A stretch of 64,000 nucleotides of DNA from contig CAWEES010000002.1 in NCBI GenBank assembly GCA_963808245.1, forward strand, positions 3,330,252-3,394,251, read 5' to 3'. The notes beneath the pieces were generated by a model, which saw only the letters and a list, made by a program, of their open reading frames with translations, was not told the DNA's origin and made no database searches. Positions 59,824 to 64,000 of the stretch are shown here, one piece after another. The DNA is from an uncultured Bacteroidota bacterium (GTDB lineage Bacteria > Bacteroidota > Ignavibacteria > Kryptoniales > JAKASW01). Positions within the stretch are counted from its first letter, which is position 1, and each line of letters opens with the position of its first letter. A program made the position numbers and the translations under genes.

Positions 59824-60082
59824 GGTAATCTCCTTTCTTTAATTATTATTTTCACGATAGCAAGAAACGGATTGAAAAGCAACTCCCTGGGGTTTTGCTT
59901 CGCATTCCAGAGTGGAGAAGAGTTGTATTGGGGCAACATTTATGCCCCGCTGTTCTTCAGGACTTGATTAAATGGAGGTGACTTTTTACCAGATTTTAGC
60001 CGGCCGTATTGTCGCCTCTCCACCGCAAAGTTCCATTCGGTACGTATTTCGGCATAGCTCGTCAGGGGCGGCGTTTATTAGG

Positions 60083-60111
60083 TTGAATAAATACATGCGT
60101 TAACGTATATT
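60083..60111 (+). promoter_or_regulatory. Candidate sigma-70-type promoter of rimP-nusA-infB
   Basis: TTGAAT (60083-60088), a 17-nt spacer, then TATATT (60106-60111). Confidence 0.4.
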
Positions 60112-60130
60112 ATTGTGCAAGTCGGACACT

Positions 60131-60158
60131 TAGCCCGGAATATCTGGGCTATTTTTTT
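60131..60158 (+). terminator. Intrinsic terminator in the rimP-nusA leader (candidate attenuator)
   Basis: The stem TAGCCCGG (60131-60138) pairs with CTGGGCTA (60144-60151), with one G-U pair. The loop is AATAT and a T7 run follows (60152-60158). It lies ~20 nt after the candidate -10 and 8 nt before the rimP ATG. Confidence 0.55.
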
Positions 60159-60165
60159 AAAGGAC

Positions 60166-60624
60166 ATGGAAAAAACAGAGAAAATAGAGAGTTTAAAAGG
60201 ACTTCTAAAACCAGCAGTCGAAAATCGAGGTGCTTTTCTCGTCGATATTTCCTTAAAAGGAGATGAGAGAAGACAACTTTTGGAGGTTTTTTGTGAAACT
60301 GAAGGTGGGATCACGATCGAGAAATGCGCAGAGATAAGCCGAGAAATATCGCCGTTGATCGAATCATCTAAGATTGTTGGAAATAATTTTTGGTTAGAAG
60401 TTTCATCTCCAGGAATCGGAGTCCCTTTCAAGGACAAAAGACAATTTAGAAGAAATAAAGGCAAACTGATGGCCGTTAAATACAGAGATGACCTTGAAGT
60501 AAAGCAGATAGAAGGCGATATGATAGACGTCCAAGATGATAAGATTGTGATTGAAACGGTGACAGGATCCGTTGAAGTCCTGCTCGATTCGATTGATGAA
60601 GCGGAGGTAAAAATAAGATGGTGA
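60166..60624 (+). CDS. rimP: Ribosome maturation factor RimP
   Basis: From ATG 60166 the protein is 152 aa, the typical RimP length. AFLVDISLKGDERRQLLEVFCETEGGITIEKCAEISREIS...LEVSSPGIGVPF identifies it. The listed GTG 60115 start would place the leader terminator inside the coding sequence. Confidence 0.85.
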   Translation: MEKTEKIESLKGLLKPAVENRGAFLVDISLKGDERRQLLEVFCETEGGITIEKCAEISREISPLIESSKIVGNNFWLEVSSPGIGVPFKDKRQFRRNKGKLMAVKYRDDLEVKQIEGDMIDVQDDKIVIETVTGSVEVLLDSIDEAEVKIRW

Positions 60625-60635
60625 CAGGAGCAAAA

Positions 60636-62084
60636 ATGCATACCGAGAAGAATGACATAATTTCTGCAGCAGCGGAGATTGCAAAAGAGAAGGGCATCGA
60701 CAAAGAAGTCGTTTCCGAAATTCTCGAGGAGGTTTTCTCCGGAATTGTCAAGAAAAAATATGGAGAAGACGTCGAAACGGACATTGTTACCAACGCTGAT
60801 CGCGGAGAAATCGAAATTTTTGTAATTAAGACGATCGTAGAACATGTGGAGAATCCCGCGAAAGAAATTAGTATCGAAACTCTGAAACAAAATGATCCGA
60901 GCGGCGAGTTCGAGATAGGCGATCAATATCCTGAAGAGGTTTCTCCATCTGAGATTGGCAGGCGGCTCGTGGTTTTTGCCAGACAGACATTTTTGCAGCG
61001 CCTTCACGAGTACGAGAAAAATGTCATCTATGATGAGTACAACAAGATGATAGGTGAGATTGTTGTCGGAGAAATCTATCAGGTGAAACGGGACTTTATA
61101 CTTGTCAATCACAACAGGCGTGAACTATTTCTTCCTCGTTCGGAACAAATCTCGAACGAACATTACAGAAAAAATTCCACGATCCGCGCTGTTGTTAAAG
61201 AGGTCCGAAAGGGAACAGCGGGCCCGCAGGTAATCATATCGAGAGCTGATCCGATGTTTCTGAAGAAATTGTTCGAAATGGAGATCCCGGAAATTTTCGA
61301 CGGCGTCGTGGAGATCAAAGCAATCGCACGCGATCCCGGCAAGAGAGCAAAGGTAGCTGTTATTTCCACCGATTCGCGAGTGGATGCAGTCGGCGCTTGT
61401 GTGGGAATGAAAGGTGTCAGGATACATTCGATTGTTCGCGAATTGAACAACGAGAATATCGATGTACTGCTCCATTCCGATGATCCAGGGCTTTTTGTAG
61501 AGCGGTCGCTTACGCCTGCAAAGGTTACACGTGCTGAAGTGGATTTAGTGAACCACAAAGCTCAAGTATGGGTCGATAACAATCAGGAGTCTATCGCGAT
61601 AGGCAAGGAAGGGATCAACGTTAAGTTGGCGTCGCGATTAACCGGGTTTGACATAGACCTGATGAGAGAAGGTGCCGCGGCGGAAGCGAAGAAGAATGAG
61701 AAGAAGGAATCGGAGGAGTACGACATAGATCTGTCAGAATTCAAAGAAGAGCTCGGTGAAGAAATGCTGACAAAGTTCTTGGATGCCGGCTACTTGACCG
61801 CAAGGAATGTCCTTGAGGCTACTGAGGAAGAGGTCAAGGATGATGTCAATCTCTCTGTTGAAGAAATAGCAAAGATAAAGGAAATGATGCGGAAGGAGTT
61901 TGATGAAGAACCCGAGATTGAACCTACTTTGGAGCAGAATCCTATAGTCCAGGAGAAAGTGACAACCGCTGAAGTAGGGATAGACTCCGATGGAAAAAAA
62001 TTGAACGAAGAATCACACGAAGGAATGTCTTCCCCAAAGGACGCGTCAGGAAGTGACCGACCTTTGTCGGGTGGGAATGAATAG
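60636..62084 (+). CDS. nusA: Transcription termination/antitermination factor NusA
   Basis: [28 protein letters not shown] forms the N-terminus, [19 protein letters not shown] the S1 domain, and [26 protein letters not shown] a KH domain. GGAG at 60627-60630 favours ATG 60636 over ATG 60618. Confidence 0.93.
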   Translation: MHTEKNDIISAAAEIAKEKGIDKEVVSEILEEVFSGIVKKKYGEDVETDIVTNADRGEIEIFVIKTIVEHVENPAKEISIETLKQNDPSGEFEIGDQYPEEVSPSEIGRRLVVFARQTFLQRLHEYEKNVIYDEYNKMIGEIVVGEIYQVKRDFILVNHNRRELFLPRSEQISNEHYRKNSTIRAVVKEVRKGTAGPQVIISRADPMFLKKLFEMEIPEIFDGVVEIKAIARDPGKRAKVAVISTDSRVDAVGACVGMKGVRIHSIVRELNNENIDVLLHSDDPGLFVERSLTPAKVTRAEVDLVNHKAQVWVDNNQESIAIGKEGINVKLASRLTGFDIDLMREGAAAEAKKNEKKESEEYDIDLSEFKEELGEEMLTKFLDAGYLTARNVLEATEEEVKDDVNLSVEEIAKIKEMMRKEFDEEPEIEPTLEQNPIVQEKVTTAEVGIDSDGKKLNEESHEGMSSPKDASGSDRPLSGGNE

Positions 62085-62104
62085 GATATAAAGAAAGATC
62101 CAAT

Positions 62105-64000
62105 ATGGCTGAAAGCTCGTATAAGAAAAAGCTTGTAACGAAAGTCGCTTCCGAATTTCAAGTTTCCGCGGACCAAATCGTGGATTTTTTGAAAACTAAG
62201 GGGCATGACAAAGTTAGGCGTACATCGTCTGTTGATGAACAGATGTACAACGAGCTTTCTGCACATTATAAGAAAGAGCTTGATCAGGTTGAAAAGCGGC
62301 AAAAAATCAAGGAACAACTTACTGAGAAACAGGAAGATAAGGTAGCGGTAAAAAAATTAGTTGATACCGTAACTGTCGAAAGACATGCTTATATCGAGTC
62401 AAAAGCCCCTTCTCATGCTCAAGTCACTCCGCCTGTTGAAGAAAAGACACAGATTAAGAAGGAAGAAATCCTGCCGATCGAAGTTTCGGGTTCTTCCACT
62501 GAGGTCGTCGAAAAAGAGAATGTAATTCAACCCGAAAGCCTTCCGCCTGCACTTGAGGAAATCAAGAACGAACAAAGGGCTAAAAGTGCTGAAGAGATTC
62601 AATCGGATGAGATTAAGATTACCGTTAATAAAGGGACCTCGAAGGAAAAATTAGCAGAGGCGCCTCAAGCAAAAGTGGAGTCGAAGGCCAAACCGCTTGA
62701 GGTTCCGCAGGCAAAGAAAGAAGAAGGCGGATTAAAGATACGAGGAAGAATGGACCTCCGCACGGGTCGGATGATTACCGAAGAAGAACTCCGGTTGCGG
62801 AAAGAGCTTGAAGAAGCCCAGAAAAAAACGAAAGAAGCGGCGGCGGAATTAGAGACGGAATCGCAGGCTCAAAAGAAAAAGAAAAAGAAAAAGAAAAAGA
62901 TTCGAGAGGAGAGCGCCGCCGAGGTTCCGATAGCGGCAGAAATTACTGAAGAAGATCTTAAGAAGCGCAAAAAGAAAAAGGGCAAACATCCGGACGTTGA
63001 CGAAGTGCAGGTCGAACTTGCTTTCCAGCGGACCATGGCGAGTATTGATGACGCCGGTGAGTCAGATCGCGCGGCGAATCGCAAGAAGAAGAGAAAAGAG
63101 AAATTTGAAGCTGCACAGCGCGAGATTGAAAAACAAGAGGTCGAAAAACGTAAGTTGAAGCTGCCCGAATTTGTTTCGGTCGGCGAACTGGCGAAACTTA
63201 TGGAGGTCGATGTCGCCGATGTAATTTCAAAGTGTATCTCGTTTGGTTTGATGGTGTCTATCAACCAAAGGCTCGATCTTGAGACCATTACTCTTCTTGC
63301 GGATGACTTTGGTTACGAAGTCGAATTGCAAGAGGAGTACACCGACGAGCTCCTCGAAGATAAACCGGATACCCCGGAGACGCTTAAGCCTCGCCCACCG
63401 ATAGTCACTATAATGGGACATGTTGATCACGGAAAGACTTCGTTGCTCGATTTTATCAGGCAAACGAATGTAGTTGCCGGTGAAGCGGGCGGAATCACTC
63501 AGCATATCGGCGCCTATCAAGTTAGGTTGAAAAACGGGAAGCAGATAACTTTTCTGGATACACCCGGACATGAAGCCTTTACTGCGATGCGTGCCCGCGG
63601 CGCCCAGGTAACAGACATCGTCATTCTCGTCGTTGCCGCGGATGACAATGTAATGCCGCAGACCATTGAAGCTATCAATCATGCGAGAGCAGCCAATGTT
63701 CCGCTGCTCGTTGCCATAAATAAAATTGACAGACCGGAAGCCAATCCGGACAGAATTAGAAAGCAACTGGCCGATCAAAATGTTCTTCTCGAGGAATGGG
63801 GCGGTAAAACTCAATCGGTCGAGATATCTGCAAAAAAAGGAACTAATGTCGAACTCCTGTTAGAAAAAATCCTTCTCGAAGCAGAGATACTTGATCTGAA
63901 AGGCAACCCTGACAGATTTGCAAGAGGAGTCGTAATAGAATCTACTCTTGATAAAGGCCGTGGTGCAGTTGCGACCGTGTTAGTCCAAAAAGGGACGCTC
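62105..64000 (+). CDS. infB: Translation initiation factor IF-2 (3' end outside window)
   Basis: Not in the ORF track because it is open to the window end. From ATG 62105 the frame runs 632 codons to nt 64000. It has a K/E-rich N-terminal region, then G motifs [20 protein letters not shown] and NKID. Confidence 0.93.
   Translation, partial: MAESSYKKKLVTKVASEFQVSADQIVDFLKTKGHDKVRRTSSVDEQMYNELSAHYKKELDQVEKRQKIKEQLTEKQEDKVAVKKLVDTVTVERHAYIESKAPSHAQVTPPVEEKTQIKKEEILPIEVSGSSTEVVEKENVIQPESLPPALEEIKNEQRAKSAEEIQSDEIKITVNKGTSKEKLAEAPQAKVESKAKPLEVPQAKKEEGGLKIRGRMDLRTGRMITEEELRLRKELEEAQKKTKEAAAELETESQAQKKKKKKKKKIREESAAEVPIAAEITEEDLKKRKKKKGKHPDVDEVQVELAFQRTMASIDDAGESDRAANRKKKRKEKFEAAQREIEKQEVEKRKLKLPEFVSVGELAKLMEVDVADVISKCISFGLMVSINQRLDLETITLLADDFGYEVELQEEYTDELLEDKPDTPETLKPRPPIVTIMGHVDHGKTSLLDFIRQTNVVAGEAGGITQHIGAYQVRLKNGKQITFLDTPGHEAFTAMRARGAQVTDIVILVVAADDNVMPQTIEAINHARAANVPLLVAINKIDRPEANPDRIRKQLADQNVLLEEWGGKTQSVEISAKKGTNVELLLEKILLEAEILDLKGNPDRFARGVVIESTLDKGRGAVATVLVQKGTL
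62871..62900 (+). repeat. (AAAAAG)n hexanucleotide repeat inside infB encoding a Lys9 run
   Basis: AAAAGAAAAAGAAAAAGAAAAAGAAAAAGA translates as [11 protein letters not shown]. Confidence 0.9.

Noticed and set aside
60078-61112. 344-aa ORF on the minus strand
   Set aside because: It is entirely antisense to rimP and nusA, whose identities are unambiguous. The Ser/Phe/Ile/Leu-rich translation is typical of the antisense frame of an A/G-rich gene. There is no SD and no recognisable motif.

Overview
This 64-kb window looks like it comes from a Shine-Dalgarno-using member of the FCB group, possibly Ignavibacteria-like. That placement is an inference from the type-A T9SS sorting domains and the r-protein sequences; no database search was possible. 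All gene calls rest on reading the translations and on motif recognition.

Layout:
(1) nt 1-15.5 kb is an accessory region. Five same-strand genes encode very large secreted adhesin-like proteins: GLUG-repeat, LamG-lectin, PMP-type beta-helix and propeller-repeat passengers. Each ends in the same 603-nt cassette (an Ig/FN3-like module plus the T9SS C-terminal sorting domain). The last gene is split by an in-frame TAG.
(2) 15.5-23.9 kb holds miscellaneous genes: a small 2-TM ORF, a tight membrane protein/VOC/Asp-racemase trio, a dihaem cytochrome c, and DUF362-like, DUF2723-like and hypothetical genes on the minus strand.
(3) 23.9-55.5 kb is an uninterrupted translation/transcription super-operon on the + strand. 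It runs tRNA-Thr/Tyr/Gly/Thr, rpmG, tRNA-Trp, secE, nusG, rplKAJL, rpoBC, rpsLG, fusA, tuf, then the S10, spc and alpha operons through rplQ.
(4) 55.6-64 kb holds engB, a minus-strand pair encoding a CydA-superfamily protein fused to a haem-c domain plus a polytopic partner, tRNA-Ser, a TonB-C/parvulin-like lipoprotein, and rimP-nusA-infB (infB runs off the window).

Most noteworthy:
- the recombining 603-nt cassette array;
- a Trp-position TAG splitting the propeller gene;
- a 1-nt indel that puts the conserved RpoB C-terminus out of frame;
- the haem-c-fused cytochrome-bd-like protein;
- a promoter followed by an intrinsic terminator as leader in front of rimP-nusA;
- an 11-bp inverted repeat bracketing the intergenic region upstream of the DUF2723 gene.

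I found no CRISPR array, transposase, integrase or recognisable defence system.
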